A DNA stretch of 64,000 nucleotides from Terriglobia bacterium (lineage in GTDB: Bacteria > Acidobacteriota > Terriglobia > 20CM-2-55-15), in the NCBI GenBank assembly GCA_965198225.1, contig CBDAOY010000009.1, positions 256,001-320,000 on the forward strand. Reading direction: 5' to 3'. The position numbers and the translations under genes were made by a program. A model generated the notes under the pieces. The model searched no databases. It saw only the letters and a list, made by a program, of their open reading frames with translations, and was not told the origin of the DNA. Of this stretch, positions 63,319-64,000 are shown one piece after another. Positions within the stretch are counted from its first letter, which is position 1. Each line of letters opens with the position of its first letter.

Positions 63319-64000
63319 ATGTCCCAGATCGACCTGAAGTCCCTCACGCTCGCCTCGGCGGCGCGACTCGTCCGTTCGAAGCAGCTCTCGCCTGTTGAGC
63401 TGACGCGAGCGGTTCTCGAACGCATTCAATCGCTGAATGAACCGATGGCGATTTTCATCACCGTCACGGCCGATCATGCGATCGCCCGAGCGGAGCAGGC
63501 TGAGGCTGCCGTCGCACGCGGGGACGAGCTAGGGCCCTTGCACGGTGTCCCAATCTCGTTGAAGGACCTGTTCGACACGAAAGGGATACTGACGACCGCC
63601 GGTTCACGAGTCTTTGAAGATCGCATCCCGGAAGAAGATGCTACGGTCACGGCCCGTTTGATGGCCGCCGGGGCGGTGCTCGTCGGAAAGACGAACATGC
63701 ACGAGTTCGCTTTCGGGCCAACGTCGATCAACCCGCACTACGGGCCGGTGAGAAACCCCTGGGACGACGAACATGTATCCGGGGGGTCGAGCGGCGGCTC
63801 GGCCACCTCCGTCGCGCTTTCCGTTGCCCTTGGTTCCCTGGGCTCCGACACCGGGGGATCGGTCCGCATACCGGCAGCCCTGTGCGGCACGGTCGGCCTG
63901 AAACCCACCTACGGCCGGGTGAGCATCGCCGGAGCGGTCCCGCTGTCGTGGTCGTTGGATCACGTCGGCCCGTTGACGCGGACGGTCGAGGACGCGGCAA
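63319..64000 (+). CDS. Amidase-signature family enzyme (GatA/AtzE-like), truncated by window end
   Basis: Manual translation: GPLHGVPISLKDLF, GKTNMHEFA, GGSSGGS, GSDTGGSVRIPA. Confidence 0.92.
   Translation, partial: MSQIDLKSLTLASAARLVRSKQLSPVELTRAVLERIQSLNEPMAIFITVTADHAIARAEQAEAAVARGDELGPLHGVPISLKDLFDTKGILTTAGSRVFEDRIPEEDATVTARLMAAGAVLVGKTNMHEFAFGPTSINPHYGPVRNPWDDEHVSGGSSGGSATSVALSVALGSLGSDTGGSVRIPAALCGTVGLKPTYGRVSIAGAVPLSWSLDHVGPLTRTVEDAA

Overview
High-GC diderm bacterial chromosome segment (lpxB, lgt, O-antigen ligase; gene style suggests Acidobacteriota, which is inference). Bases 1-45000 are core genome: rplM-rpsI-rpsB-tsf-pyrH, murA, lpxB, an ECF sigma/anti-sigma pair, sugar-nucleotide and lipid genes, an ~18 kb co-oriented cysK-aroDE-thrB-asd-his-trp cluster, scoAB-thiolase and ugd-uxs-galE. 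Intergenic regions carry several families of REP-like palindromes and heptamer repeats. At ~45.1 kb a tRNA-Ser(GCT) is followed 250 bp later by an insertion-riddled second copy. Next comes a compact ~5.1 kb integrative element (P4-type integrase, AlpA, a chain of translationally coupled small ORFs) carrying an oppositely oriented two-gene cargo of unknown function, the best candidate for an undescribed system. Downstream are an accessory/decaying region (secreted orphan, proC, frameshifted YyaL-like gene, degenerate Ser/Thr kinase-beta-propeller gene), cobQ with an ABC permease/ATPase, an O-antigen ligase and a small protein plus amidase pair. No CRISPR array or rRNA was seen. All family assignments come from motif recognition by eye, not database searches.
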